A stretch of 64,000 bases of DNA from Octopus sinensis (taxonomy: Eukaryota): assembly GCF_006345805.1 (NCBI RefSeq), contig NC_043011.1, positions 5,146,001 through 5,210,000 of the forward strand, read 5' to 3'. This document shows positions 11,628-24,356 of this stretch, in pieces (position 1 is the stretch's first letter; each line of letters starts with the position of its first letter). The translations under genes were made by a program, and so were the position numbers. The notes beneath the pieces were generated by a model. The model was given only the letters and a program-made list of their open reading frames with translations. It did no database searches and was not told the origin of the DNA.

Positions 11628-12060
11628 TTTCATCATCATCATCATTTAACGTCCGCTTTCCATGCTAGCATGGGTTGGACGATTTTGACTGAGGGCTGAC
11701 GAACCAGATGGCTGCACCAGGCTCCAATTTTGATCTGGCAGAGTTTCTACAGCTGGATGCCCTTCCTAACGCCAACCACTCCGAGAGTGTAGTGGGTGCT
11801 TTTTACGTGCCACTGGCACGGGGGCCAGTAAGGCGACTTTGGTAACGATCACGCTCAAATGGTGCCCTTTTACGTGCCACCAGCACGAAAGCCAGTTGGC
11901 TGCTCTGGCAACGATCACGCTTGGATGGTGCTCTTGTCACCCTACTAGCAGGGGCACAAGTGCCAGTAAGGCGACGCTGGTAACGATCCCACTCGAATGG
12001 TGCCCTTTAAGTGCCACTGGCACAGAAGCCGGTTAGCCGCTCTGTCAATGATCACGCACA
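11628..12060 (-). mobile_element. Family C with multiple 5' modules
   Basis: catcatcatttaacgtccgctttccatgc... followed by repeated ttttacgtgcc modules. Confidence 0.85.
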
Positions 12061-12469
12061 TTTCGTAAATAGAAATGATACAGTAAAGTATATGCACACA
12101 CATATGTGTGTTTGCGTGCATGTGTGATACTCCCGGACATGTATGTACACAGTACCCAACATGCATCAGCAACCTAACAGATAAGAATGTTATGATAATT
12201 AGTTTAGATTTAAATGCCCCTGGTCCAAATCCAGATTGGGATTATGTACACATGCAGGAATAAGAGATGTATTATCTAGAGATCAAGCTGATCCAAATGT
12301 AATGATGAGCTTTCTCACTGTTTTCATCTATGAAGTTCACTCACAAGGCATTGGTTGGCCCAGGGCTATAATAAGGAACACTTAACTTACCCAAAGCGGG
12401 ACTGAACTTGAAGTCATGTGGTTGCAAAGTGAGCTGTTTAATCACATGGCCATGCATCCACCTAAGGAT

Positions 12470-14385
12470 CATCATCATCATCGTTTAACATCCACCTTCC
12501 ATGCTGTCATGGGTGGGATGATTTGAGAGGAGCTGGCCATGTAGAAGCCTACACCAGATTTCTGTGACTGTTTTGGCAGGATTTTTACAGCTGGATGCCC
12601 ATCCTAACACCAACCCCTCAGCAGAGTGGACGTAGGGCTTTTTACATGGCACAAGCACAGGCTTGGTCAGTTTTGGCAAGGTTTTTATAGCTGGATGCCT
12701 TTCCAAATGCCAACCACTTTACAGTGTGGACTGGATGCTTTTTAAGGGGCACCTGCACTGACAGAGTCACCAAGTGCCTTGCAAAACAAAAATGTCTTTT
12801 GAGACGGGAGGGGGCATTGGGGTAGGGTGATCTTGTGTCAGATGATGAAAGGTTATAGTGAGACAGAGAGACAGAAAGAGGTGTCTTGCTGTAGGGTAAG
12901 GTTACTTGGCAAGGGTGGGTGGGGGGGATAAGGAAATGAAGACAGAAACAGGTGTGCTGCTGCAAAGGAGATCCATGGTTACCCAACCTGAGGGAAGGGC
13001 AGGAGAAGGAGAGAGGGAGAGTGGGAGACAGCAGGATAGAGAGGGAGGAAAAGTGCCAGGCATACTCACAAGGAACAGGGATCAAAATATAAATGGGATG
13101 GTTGAGTAAAGGAAGACAGAGATAGATAGATGGTGGCAAGTGCCAGGGTACACTGCTAAGGTTCAAATGTCATAATATAAGTGGCAGGATATTGTGAAAT
13201 AAATGTGATTAGTGAGTTTGGAGGGTGGGGAAGTGAATGGCGAAAACCTGGGTATATATAGAGTGGGAGGGAGGCTACTGGATAGCAATGATGGAGAGAA
13301 ACTGGACCGTGAGGATTGGTGAGTGTGAGGTAGGAATAGTGTACGAAGGAGGAAATGTGAGGAAGAGAAGAGATGTAGATATGAAGATTGGTTTGTTGGG
13401 GGTAGGGTGTGCGAAATGTTTTCTTGTTATGTGTGGGTGGAACACACATGTTGGGGGGGGGGGGGGCTAGCAGATAGCAGTGATACAGTGTGACAGGGCA
13501 TGTGGGTGGAACACACAGGTCAGGGTCTAGCAGAGAGCAATGATACAGTAGGACAGGGCCAAGAGAACAGGATTGGGGGAGTGGGAGGTAAGCATAGTGC
13601 ATGAGGCGAGAATACAAGGAAGAGAAGTGATGTAGAGATGTAGTTTGGTTTGTTGTGGTAGGGTGTGTGAGAAGTTAGCTTGTTAAGTCTGGGTGGGACA
13701 CACAGTGCTTCTAGAACTCAGTTTCACTGTCTTCTCAAGAACCTCATATTTGTTTCTCCTCAAGAACCTCACATTGCCAGACATCTCAGTTCATTGTCAT
13801 TTCCTCTGTGAGACCCAACTTCCTGAGATCGGTCCTTACCACTTCATCCCACATCTTCCTGGGTCTCCCTTTTCCACGGGTACCATCCACTTTCAGTGAT
13901 CAGCATTTCTTTATGCAGCTGTCCTCATTCATGCACATCACATGTCCAAACCAACATAGTCTTCTCTCTTGCATGCTACATTTGATTCCTCTTATGCCCA
14001 ACTTTTCTCTCAATACATTTGCACTTTGCCGTACATGTGCACTGAGGTTACACATCCAATGGCGCATACTACCTTCGTTTCTCTCCAGTCTATGCATGTC
14101 TTCTGTATTCAGAACCAATGTCTTACTACCATGGAGTATAGCCATTTACACACAAGCATCATACAATCTACCCTTCACTCTGAGAGAGGGTCTTTTGTTG
14201 CCAACAGAGGTAATAGCTCACTGAACTTCCTCTACTCTATTCTTATTCTAGAAACAATGCTTTCAGAGCATCCTCCACCATTGCTAACTTGGTCACCTAG
14301 GTAACAGAAACTATTTACAACCTCAAGAGAGACTCCTGGACATTTAAGAGAATCTAAGTCTTATCTGAGGGTAAGATTGAAAGTT
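12470..14385 (-). mobile_element. RTE-clade LINE 3' portion (RT C-terminus, long 3' UTR, family C-like tail)
   Basis: LHGSKT.VLNTEDMHRLERNEGSMRHWMCN..LREKLGIRGI..QERRLCWFGHVMCM is the RTE motif RRL.W.GHV.RM. The tail at 12470-12760 resembles the family C tail. Confidence 0.8.
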
Positions 14386-14396
14386 ATTATCATCTT

Positions 14397-14655
14397 AATC
14401 ATCATCATCATCATTTAACGTCCGCTTTCCATGGTTCAACTGGGGTCTGTGAAGCCAGAAGGCTGCATCAGGCCCAGTCTGATCTGGCATTGTTTCTACG
14501 GCTGGATGCCCTTCCTAACGCCAACCACTCCGTGAGTGTAGTGGGTGCTTTTTACGTGCCACCCGCACAGGTGCCAGACGGAGCTGGCAGACGGCCACGG
14601 ACGGATGGTGCTTTTTATGTGCCACCGGCACGGGGGCCAGGCGAGGCTGGCAGTA
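14397..14655 (-). mobile_element. Family C
   Basis: Same tail plus two modules; ends about 25 nt from the MTFMT donor at 14680. Confidence 0.85.
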
Positions 14656-14680
14656 AATGTTGAGGAATAAAATGACTTAC

Positions 14681-14803
14681 TTTTTAGGCCTGATCTTCAT
14701 TACTGAAACACCAGTGACTGTGTCTCCATTCACTATGGTATGGATGATAGGAGCTGCACCACGCCACCGAGGCAGAAGGCTCGCATGGACATTGAGAATT
14801 CCA
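14681..14803 (-). CDS. MTFMT: MTFMT coding exon 4 (123 nt), catalytic N-x-H motif
   Basis: ttttttcattttttag|T GGA ATT CTC AAT GTC CAT...; [40 protein letters not shown](K); ends AA|gtaagt. [14 protein letters not shown] is the formyltransferase signature. Confidence 0.97.
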
Positions 14804-15140
14804 CTAAAAAATGAAAAAAACGTCAATCATGAATTACTAAAGATAAATATATACACAAAGTTATTCAATCATTCATCATCATTTAATGCTTAGTTTTCCA
14901 TGCTTGCATGGGTCAGATGGGATTTGTTGAGGCAGATTTTCTATAGTCGAATGCCCTCCCTGTCATCAAACTCTCGTCTGTTTCCAGGCAAAGGAATATA
15001 TCCCAGGCCAGGCATGTCTTATCACAGAAGACTACCTTTACCATTTTGTAATATTTCTACCATTTGTTATGTAGCTAAAACTTAGACTGAATAACACGAA
15101 TGTCCTTGTACTGTCTAATTGTTTGCCTTTCCTCACTACT

Positions 15141-15485
15141 TTAGTTCAAATTCCGCTGAGATTGACTTTGCCTTTCATCCTTTCGAGGTCGATTAAATAA
15201 GTACCAGTTACGCACTGGGGTCGATATAATCGACTCAATCCATTTGTCTGTCCTTGTTTGTCCCCTCTGTATTTAGCCCCTTGTGGGTAGTAAAGAAATA
15301 GGTATTTTGTCTGCTGTTATGTTCTGAGTTCAAATTCCGCCAAGGTCGACTTTGCCTTTCAGCCTTTCAGGGTCGATAAATTAAGTACCAGTTACACACT
15401 GGGGTCGATGTATTTGACTTAATCCCTTTGTCTGTCCTTGTTTGTCCCCTCTATGTTTAGCCCCTTGTGGGCAATAAAGAAATAA
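15141..15485 (+). mobile_element. Two tandem 5'-truncated SINE B copies
   Basis: Repeated agttcaaattccgc.gaggtcgactttgcc...aaagaaata. Confidence 0.85.
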
Positions 15486-15990
15486 GAAACTGAAAGAAGC
15501 TTGTTGTGTGTGTGTGTGAGTGTCTCTTTGCGTATGTACTTGTTCCCCACCACTGCTTAACAACTGGTGTCAGTTTGTTTACGTCCCCATAACTTAGCAG
15601 TTCAGCAAAAATGACCAATAGAATAAGTACCAGACAAAATTTTTAAAATGGGGTCAATTTGTTTGACGAAGATCCTTCAAGGCTGAAGTCCAATGACTGT
15701 AACAAGTAAAAGAATAAACAATATCTTTTACTTGTTTCAGTCATTAGACTGTGGCCATACTGGAACACCACTTTCAAGAATTTTTAGTTGAATGAATTGA
15801 CCCAGTACTTATTAATCCTGGTACTTATTCTATGGGTCTCTTTGGCCAAACCACTAAGTTACTGGGATGCAAACACACCAACACCAGTCATGAAGCAGTG
15901 GTGTGAGGACAAACATAGACACAAAGACACATACATATATAGATATATACAACAGGCTTCTTTCAGTTTCCATCTACCAAATCCACTCAT
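15482..15990. mobile_element. Two SINE A 3' halves in tail-to-tail inverted arrangement
   Basis: Plus half 15482-15715 and minus half 15723-15990. Confidence 0.75.
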
Positions 15991-16174
15991 GAGGCTAATG
16001 GTTCAAAATTGTACAAAACACAATATTTTGTATGCTCTTCTACAGAAAGGAATGAGGAGAGAAAACAGATGGAAAAAGGGGAAAGAGAAGAGGGAAAAAG
16101 TGTCTGGATTAAGGTTGCACATGGAAGGAAGGAAGTGGTTGGGGTCATGCTGAAAATATGAAATTCTCACTTAC

Positions 16175-16317
16175 TGTGGAAACATTCGGATAATCTTTCC
16201 AGGAATCAGACATCCAAAAGACACCACGACTCCGATATCGTACTTATTTTTCATGACAGCAATTGGCCATGAGTATAGCTTGAGGTGGTTTTCTTCGGCA
16301 AAGTTATTCACCAAACA
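16175..16317 (-). CDS. MTFMT: MTFMT coding exon 3 (143 nt)
   Basis: Long polypyrimidine tract + aattag|; CLVNNFAEENHLKLYSWPIAVMKNKYDIGVVVSFGCLIPGKIIRMFP(H); ends CA|gtaagt. YD.GVV.SFG is the conserved FMT motif. Confidence 0.93.
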
Positions 16318-16682
16318 CTAATTGAAGTGGAAAGAAGAAGTAGAAATGAAAAATAGAAGAAAAAAAAAAAGAAAAAGAACAGAGACAGTAATCATCATCA
16401 TCATCATCATCATCATCATTTAGCGTCCGCTTTCCATGCTAGCATGGGTTGGACGGTTCAACTGGAGCCTGGGAAGCCAGTCTGATCTGGCAATGTTTCT
16501 ATGGCTAGATGCCCTTCCTAATGCCAAAGAAGATACCGGATCAATAAAAGTAGTACCAATATCATCATCATCATTATCGTCATCATTGAAGATCCATTTT
16601 CCATGCTAGCATGGGTCAGATGGTTTCACTGGAGCTGGCAAGTTGTTTTGGCTTCGTTTCTATGGCTGGACGCCCTTTCTAA

Positions 16683-16912
16683 TACCTATTTCTTTATTAC
16701 CCAGAAGGGGCTAAACACAGAGGGGACAAACAAGGACAGACATAGGCATTAAGTTGATTACATCGACCCCAGTGCGTAACTGGTACTTAATTTATCGACC
16801 TGAAAGGATGAAAGGCAAAGTTGACCTCGGCGGAATTTGAACTCACAACGTAACGCAGACGAAATACTGTTAAGCATTTCGCCCGGCGTGCTAACGTTTC
16901 TGCCAACTCGCC
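16683..16912 (-). mobile_element. SINE family B
   Basis: Full reverse complement of the B consensus. Confidence 0.9.
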
Positions 16913-17223
16913 CTTTCTAATACCAACCACTCCGCAGAGTGAAATAGGTGTCTTTCACATGTCCCTGTCATGGATGCCTTTTACGTGTCATCGGCACAGG
17001 TGCCTTTTACATGTCACTGGTATGGACGCCTATTATACGTCACCAGTACAGGTGCCTTTCATGTGATACCACCACTGGCCATGACTACAATTTGACATAG
17101 CTTGACCACCTCTGTTTGACTCAACATCTGAAAATCGTATTTAACCCAATGTAGAGCAAAATACTAAATACTGAAACTGAGATCATTGAACATGTATATA
17201 AAGTACTCTTGACCAAGTCAACA

Positions 17224-17915
17224 TGGGCGCAGGTGTGGCTGTGGGGTAAGACGTGCGCTTCCCAATCACATGGTTCAGGGTTCAGTCTCACTATGTGGCA
17301 CCATGAACAAGTGTCTTCTACTATAACCTCAGGCCAGCCAAAGCCTTGTGAGTGGATCTGGCAGATGGAAACTGAAAGAAGCCTATCACCATCATCGTTT
17401 AACGTCTGCTTTCCATGCTAGCATGGGTTGGATGGTTCAACTGGGGTCTGCGAAGCCAGAAGGCTGCACCAGGCTCCAGTCTGATCTGACAGTGTTTCTG
17501 GATGCCCTTCCTAACGCCAACCACTCCAAGAGTGTAGTGGATGCCTTTTACGTGCCACCGACACAGGTGCCAGACAAGGCTGGCTAACGGCCACGCTCGG
17601 ATGGTGCTTTTTATGTGCCACCGGCACGGAGGCCAGGCGAGGCTGGCATGGCCACGATCGATATATATATATATACATCTGTGTGTGTATTTGTGCCTGT
17701 GTTTGTCCCCACCACCATCACCACTCCACAACTGGTGTCGGTGTTTTCAACTGGTGCGTTGGTGTGTGACTTAGCAGTTCGGCAAAAAGAGACCGATAGA
17801 AGAAGTAGCAGGCTTTAAAAAAAAATAAGTACAGGGTTTGATTCATTCAACTAAAAATCATTCAAGGCAGTGCTCCAGCATGGCCACAGTCTAATGACTG
17901 AAACAAGTAAAAGAA
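17224..17915 (+). mobile_element. SINE A interrupted by a family C copy (17390-17660, minus)
   Basis: A head runs to gaaactgaaagaagcc, then the C insertion, then the A 3' half. Confidence 0.8.
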
Positions 17916-18094
17916 TAAAAGAGAGAGTGTGTGTGTGTGTGTGTGTGTGTGCACATAATCATCACATTTGCTATAGTAAACAATGCTACCATCATCAGCA
18001 TTTTGATGTCCTCATATCCATGCTTGCAGGTGTCAGATGGAATTCATTAGATTAGACTTTCCACAGCTGTATGTTCTTCCTGTCACCAATCCTT

Positions 18095-18510
18095 ACCTAT
18101 TTCTTTACTACCCACAAGGGGCTAAACACAGAGAGGACAAACAAGGACAGACAAATGGATTAAGTCGATTATATCGACCCCAGTGCATAACTGGTACTTA
18201 TTTAATCGACCCCGAAAGGATGAAAGGCGAAGTCGACCTCGGCGGAATTTGAACTCAGAATGTAGCCGCAAACGAAATACCTCTTTCTTTACTGCCCACA
18301 AGGGGCTAAACACAGAGAACACAAACAAGGACAGACAAACGGATTAAGTCGATTATATCGACCCCAGTACATAACTGGTACTTATTTAATCGACCCTGAA
18401 AGGATGAAAGGCGACCTTGGCGGAATTTGAACCCAGAACGTAGTGGCAGACGAAATACTGCTAAGCATTTCGCCCGGCGTGCTAACGTTTCTGCCAGCTC
18501 GCCGCCTTAT
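18095..18510 (-). mobile_element. Two tandem SINE B copies
   Basis: Duplicated body acccacaaggggctaaacacagag...gaccccgaaaggatgaaagg. Confidence 0.85.
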
Positions 18511-18829
18511 CCAACCCATACCTGTTTCCAAACAAAGTAATATGCTGTTAAATGAATATGCATTTTTAACAATGGGGTCAAACTGACCCCAAGGTACCGC
18601 TAACATAACGTTTTTTCATGGTACTACACCATAGTTAAACATGATGTTAACACCAATCACTGCAATATTTCAGGTATATATTAAAATCATTTCTTACACA
18701 GTGCGTAAGGTGAAACATTTTTGAGAACTATAGACTCATGCACTTAGTGGGGAAAGTTAAACAAAATTCTGTTTCCAAAATTTGGAAAACAAAATCTAGA
18801 AAACCATTGCTTACACTCTCTCTTTCACT

Positions 18830-19020
18830 ATTTTACTTGTCTCAGTCATTTGACTGTGGCCATGCTGGAACACCGCCTTTAGTCGAGCAAATCAACCCCA
18901 GGACTTATTCTTTATAAGCCTAGTACTTATTCTATCGATGTCTTTTTCTGAACCGGTAAGTTACGGGTACGTAAACACACCAGCATCGGTTGTCAAGCGA
19001 TGTTGGGAGGACAAACACAG

Positions 19021-19080
<60 letters not shown>

Positions 19081-19265
19081 TATATATATACATACATACA
19101 TATGACGGGTTTCTGCCAGTTTCCATCTACCAAATCCACTCACAAGGCTTTGGTTGGCCCAAGGCTATAGTAGAAGACACTTGCCCAAGGTGCAATGCAG
19201 TGAGACTGAACCCTGAACCATGTGGTTGGTAAGCAAGCTACTTACCACACAGCCATTCTTACGCC
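18830..19265 (-). mobile_element. SINE family A
   Basis: Matches the A consensus. Confidence 0.85.
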
Positions 19266-20209
19266 TATATACATATATATACACTGTTTTATTTATCAAA
19301 CCAATCTTTTAGCTTTTACTTGTTTCAGTCATTGGACTGTGTCCATGCTGGGGCACCACCTTGAAAGGTTTAGTTGAACAATTCAATCCCAGTATTCATT
19401 TTGTAAGTCTGGTACCAATAAGTTATAGTCATAAACAAAGCAACACCGGTCGTCAAGAGGAGATGAGGGTTGCGACAAATACAAACGTATATATGCATAA
19501 ACAACGGGCTTCCACGCAGTTTCCGCCGACTAAATTCACTCACAAGCATCAGTATGGATTTTCTAAAGCCTTAAATTACATTTTTATAAATCCGTTTTGA
19601 GGAACCTTCAGTTCAAATGACGATGAAATATACAGAATTTTAACTCCGCTTATATTGAGTTAAAATACATAATTAACACTATGCTTTACTCTTTGTCGCC
19701 GGGGGCCAAAATACTAAATCTGATTTCGTAATAATGATTATAATTGAAGCTCTTGAACAGGAAAGAAGAGATACAACGAATTAAACGATTATGAAAGTTG
19801 TAGGGGAGGCTACTCTGTCATACGTGTTGATTATCCATTTCTATATTATTATGGCTTGAACGGCTCCACACATTTAGAAAAATTTGCGCGATGTTCTCTT
19901 TGCTTAGACAACGGTAACTCTGACAGCAGATTTCTGACCAAGGAGCTCCAGCCTTGACCATCCGGTTGGTTTTTCCAGGAATAGTGTATCTGGACCACAT
20001 AATTAAAGTATCCTTCCTTTCTTTTTAAGAGTTTTATTTGAGGTCAGATTTGAAGTAGGTGATGTTAATTTTTAACGGTTATTTTCCTATAACAAGAAAT
20101 GTTTTCCATAGAAGACTGGAAACAAACAACCTCGCTAATATAACGATGATGCTCATTTGCAACCATTACATTATATCTAGACAAGAGTATACACAAACAT
20201 AATATATAT

Positions 20210-20430
20210 TTCTTCATTGCCCACAAGGGGCTAAACACAGAGAGGACAAACAAAGACAAAGGGATTAAGTCGATTACCTCGACCCCAGTGCGTAGCTGGT
20301 ACTTTATTTATCGACCCCGAAAGGATGAAAGGCAAAGTCGACCTCGGCGGAATTTGAACTCAGAACGTAACGGCAGACGAAATACGGCTACACATTTCGC
20401 CCGGCGTGCTGACGATTCTGCCAGCTCGCC
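20210..20430 (-). mobile_element. SINE family B
   Basis: Matches the B consensus. Confidence 0.85.
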
Positions 20431-20707
20431 AACAAACATAAACATAATACAGTATAGTAAGGCAACAGAGTAATGTCGTTAGTAGGAGAAGTTAGGTAGG
20501 TGAAGGAGGAGGGTGTTATACTGTCATTGAATAAATTAAGTTAAAAGAAGTTCCCTTAATTAATTCATTCAGTTACAGTAATTAAGCTTCCTCCTTTGCC
20601 TTCATAACCTCTCCTACTAATGGTGTTACCCTGTCGTCTTACTATACTATACTAAAACCATGTTACCTGAGATACACCAACACATTATTACACAAACATA
20701 CATATAA

Positions 20708-21235
20708 ACATCATCATCGTTTAACGTCCGCTTTCCATGCTAGCATGGGTTGGACGAATGACTGAGGGCTGGCGAACCAGATGGCTGCACCAGGCTCCAA
20801 TCTTGATCTGGCAGAGTTCCTACAGCTGGATGCCCTTCCTAACGCCAACCACTCCGAGAGTGTAGTGGGTGCTTTTACGGGCCACCGGAAGGGAGGCCAG
20901 TCAGGCAGTACTGGCAATGACCTCACTCGAATCTTTTTACACATGCCACCGGCACAGGTGCCAGTAAGGCGACGTTGGTAACGATCACGCTCGAATGGTG
21001 CCCTTTTACGTGCACGGAAGCCAGTTGGCTGCTCTGGCAACGATCACGCTTGGATGGTGCTCTTTGCACCCTACTAGCACGGGCACAAGTGCCAGTAAGG
21101 CGACACTGGTAATGATCACACTTGAATAGTACCCTTTTATGTGCCACTGGCACAGAAGCCGGTTAGCTGCTCTGTCAAATGATCACACTCGTATGGTGCT
21201 CTTTGCACCTCGCTAGCACGGATGCCAGTCATCGA
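20708..21235 (-). mobile_element. Family C, long modular copy
   Basis: Tail plus at least four gtgcc/ggcac modules. Confidence 0.85.
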
Positions 21236-21829
21236 ATTTGAATTATTGATGTTACATATTTAATGAATGTGTTTAGTTTTTAATGCTTGGAATTTCATTA
21301 GAGGAACGTCCCTTTAAGACATCAAATGTGTTAGAAAAGACAAAACACTTCAAAACCAAGCAAAACAAACTGCCGCATAGGGGAACGCAAAGAGTGGATA
21401 TGTGACATCAATAATGTTTATATCATTTTCAGCAGATTCCAAATTGGTGAGCTGGCAGAATCATTAGCATGCTGGGCAAAATGCTTGGTGGCCATTTCAT
21501 CTGCCTTTATGTTCTGAGTTTAAATTCCACCAAGGGATTGATCTAATTGACTTACCCCTCCCCTGAAACTGCAGCCTTGTGCCAAAACTTGAAAGCACTA
21601 TTAGAGTTAATTCTAATTATAAATTAATTTTGTTTTAATTGTGCAGCACTGTTGCGCATTGGTAGATAAAATTTTATGCTATTTGCATATGTAGAAGTGA
21701 TCTGAATTTGTTTTAAGGGTGACTCAAACATACGGTGCTGAGGCTGAGTAGAAATAACAGTGAAATACTGATGTTGTTCTTGTTCACCAAATGGGTAATT
21801 AGTTTCACCAGCCAGAGCAGCAATCTGAC

Positions 21830-22240
21830 TTCTGTGCCAGTGGCACATAAAAAGCACCATTTGAGCATGATTGTTACCAGCGTCGCCTTACTGGCACTTG
21901 TGCTGGTGGCACTTGGAAAAACATTCAAGCGAGGTCGTTGCCAGTGCCGCTGGACTGGCTCCTGTGCAGGTGGCACATAAAAAACACCATTTGAGCGTGG
22001 CCATTGCCGGTACCGCCTGACTGGCCTTCGTGCCGGTGGCATGTAAAAGCACCCACTACACACTCGGAGTGGTTGGCGTTAGGAAGGGCATCCAGCTGTA
22101 GAAATCCTGCCAGATCAGATTGGAGTCTGATGCAGCCATCTGGCTCGCAAGTCCTCAGTCAAATCATCCAACCCATGCTAGCATGGAAAGCGGACGTTAA
22201 TCGATGATGCTAAATGATGATGATGATGATGATGGTGATG
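21830..22240 (+). mobile_element. Family C, modular copy
   Basis: Four modules then the RTE-type tail and (ATG)n. Confidence 0.85.
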
Positions 22241-22684
22241 ATGAGGGTTACAGGTATTCAAAATTTTATAACATGCTAAGTCTTAAAAGGACTTTCTCTT
22301 GATGAAATTCTGCAGCTAATAAGCATTTAAGCAAAGCACATACACTCTGTGACATCGATAATGCTATATTTTTTGAGCTACTTCAAATTCAAAATTTAAT
22401 ACACACACACACACATACAGGTATACATACTTTTTGTAAAAGCTGAAAAGATCTTCACAATCTATTATGCACAAGTTTCACATTACCATTCATCGGACAG
22501 TATGATCAAAACTATCTGACAAATGGTAATGCAAACTCTGAGAAACAATTTGTGAAGATTTTTTCAGCTTTAATAAAAAAAATATATTACTCTACCTTTG
22601 GCATTCACGTACTATTTTTTCACCTTGTTTTGCATTCATATGCTTACTTGTGTGTGTGTGAATTTTTTTGTGTAATGAGAAAAA

Positions 22685-22990
22685 AAAAACCAAGGCTGTA
22701 TAGATATTAGAGCATTTATAGATAGAAGGTCTTACAGCTGCTTCTAGGATATTAATTAATAATATCCCTTCATCGAAGATGGTGTGAGAGGAAAAATTAA
22801 GTCATAGTTAGTTTAGATGTGATACAAAATAGAGAGTGAGGTGGAGGAAAGAAAATAGATGTAAGATATGTATGGGTATTGGATTCAAAAATCCGTTTTA
22901 TAGGCATCATGTGTAATATTCCAATATCCTTTGAGTAAAATCCAAAAGTCCAACAGAGTTTAATATGAGTCCATCAAGATGTAGAGTTTA
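22685..22990 (-). mobile_element. PLE-type terminal fragment with degenerate hammerhead-like motif (22729-22780)
   Basis: Minus: ATCT TCGATGA A GGGATATT attaatt AATATCCT AGAAG C AGCT G TA AGAC; homologous to 3190-3237. Confidence 0.45.
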
Positions 22991-23003
22991 TAAGTAATGT
23001 ACA

Positions 23004-23187
23004 CTCTCTTTTTACTTGTTTCAGTCATTTTGACTGCGGCCATGCTGGAGCACCGCCTTGAATCGAGCAACTTGACCCCAGGACTTATTCTATCGGTCTC
23101 TTTTGCCGAACCACTAAGTGACAGTGACATAAACACACCAGCATCGGTTGTCAAGCAATACTAGGGGGGACAAACACAGACACACAA

Positions 23188-23218
<31 letters not shown>

Positions 23219-23391
23219 CACATATATACGACGGGCTTCTTTCAGTTTTCGTCTACCAAATCCACTCACAAGGCATTGGTCGGCAGGAGGCTATAGTAGA
23301 AGACACTTGCCCTAAGTTCCACGCAGTGGGACTGAACCTGGAACCATGTGGTTGGTAAACAAGCTACTTACCACACAGCCACTCCTGCGCC
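23004..23391 (-). mobile_element. SINE family A
   Basis: Matches the A consensus. Confidence 0.85.
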
Positions 23392-23661
23392 TATATATAT
23401 ACATATGTATGTATATATATATATATATATATATAAAACATCATTCAGTTTCCATTTCCCAAATCCACTCACAATGCACCACACATGAATCTGCTGAGAA
23501 GCAAACTTCCTAACTGCACAGCCTCACTTGCACCTGTCATATTTATGATATTTACATAAATCAAGAAATGTAACTTCAAAACTTTGGACATCTGTCATAA
23601 TTATCTTGGATCATGAATGTTATTTAAACAGCACAGCATCAAACTGTTCTCCACATTGAAC

Positions 23662-24158
23662 TCGTCTCTCTCCATCCGCTCAGTCGAAGTCGACTCTCGG
23701 TTACTCGTTGGATCAGTGTCCTCCAGTCAGTTCTATCCTGGGCCGCTTTCTTCAGATTGGCCATGTCCATTCTGGTATCACTCTTGATAGTGTCAAGCCA
23801 GCGGGTTCTTGGTCGGCCTCTTCCTCTCTTGCCACTGACCATTCCGAGCATGATGTCCTTCTCCAGGGATTTTCTCCGCATAATATGACCGAAATATACC
23901 AATCTATGCTTGGTGATCCAAGCTTCTGGCGATATTTTCAGCCTGATCTGCTTAACAACTTCTCCATTGGTGAGCCTCACTGTCCATGGAATCCGCAAAA
24001 GTCTTCTCCAACACCTAAGCTCGAATGCATTAATTCTCTTTGGGTCAGCTTTCTTTAGTGTCCAGGCCTCGCATCCATATGTTGCTATTAGGAAGACAAT
24101 TGCATTCACCAATCTGCATTTGGTAGCGAGTCTGATGTCTCTACTCTTCCAGGCCCTT
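23662..24158 (-). mobile_element. RTE-BovB-like LINE 3' end
   Basis: Open frame WKSRDIRLATKCRLVNAIVFLIATYGCEAWT...FELRCWRRLLRIPWT...YFGHIMRRKSLEKDIMLG..GKRGRGRPRTRWLD...RVTESRLRLSG, the characteristic BovB-group C-terminus. Confidence 0.9.
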
Positions 24159-24356
24159 CTATCTATATGCATGTGTGTGTGTTTGACCCCACCACTATTA
24201 CAACTTGACAACCAGCATTGGTTTGTTTATATCCATTGTATCGTTAATATCCCGTCGCCACTTTTGTATCATGGTAAACCAACTGTCTCCACCTGATGCA
24301 TTCCTAAATACTCTGCCAATGAATGTAACCAATCCAAAACAACTCTCAACGAACTA

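Noticed and set aside
19800-20000. Possible nested exon in an MTFMT intron (also 21640-21830 and 27540-27780)
   Set aside because: No frame with both good splice sites and recognisable homology.
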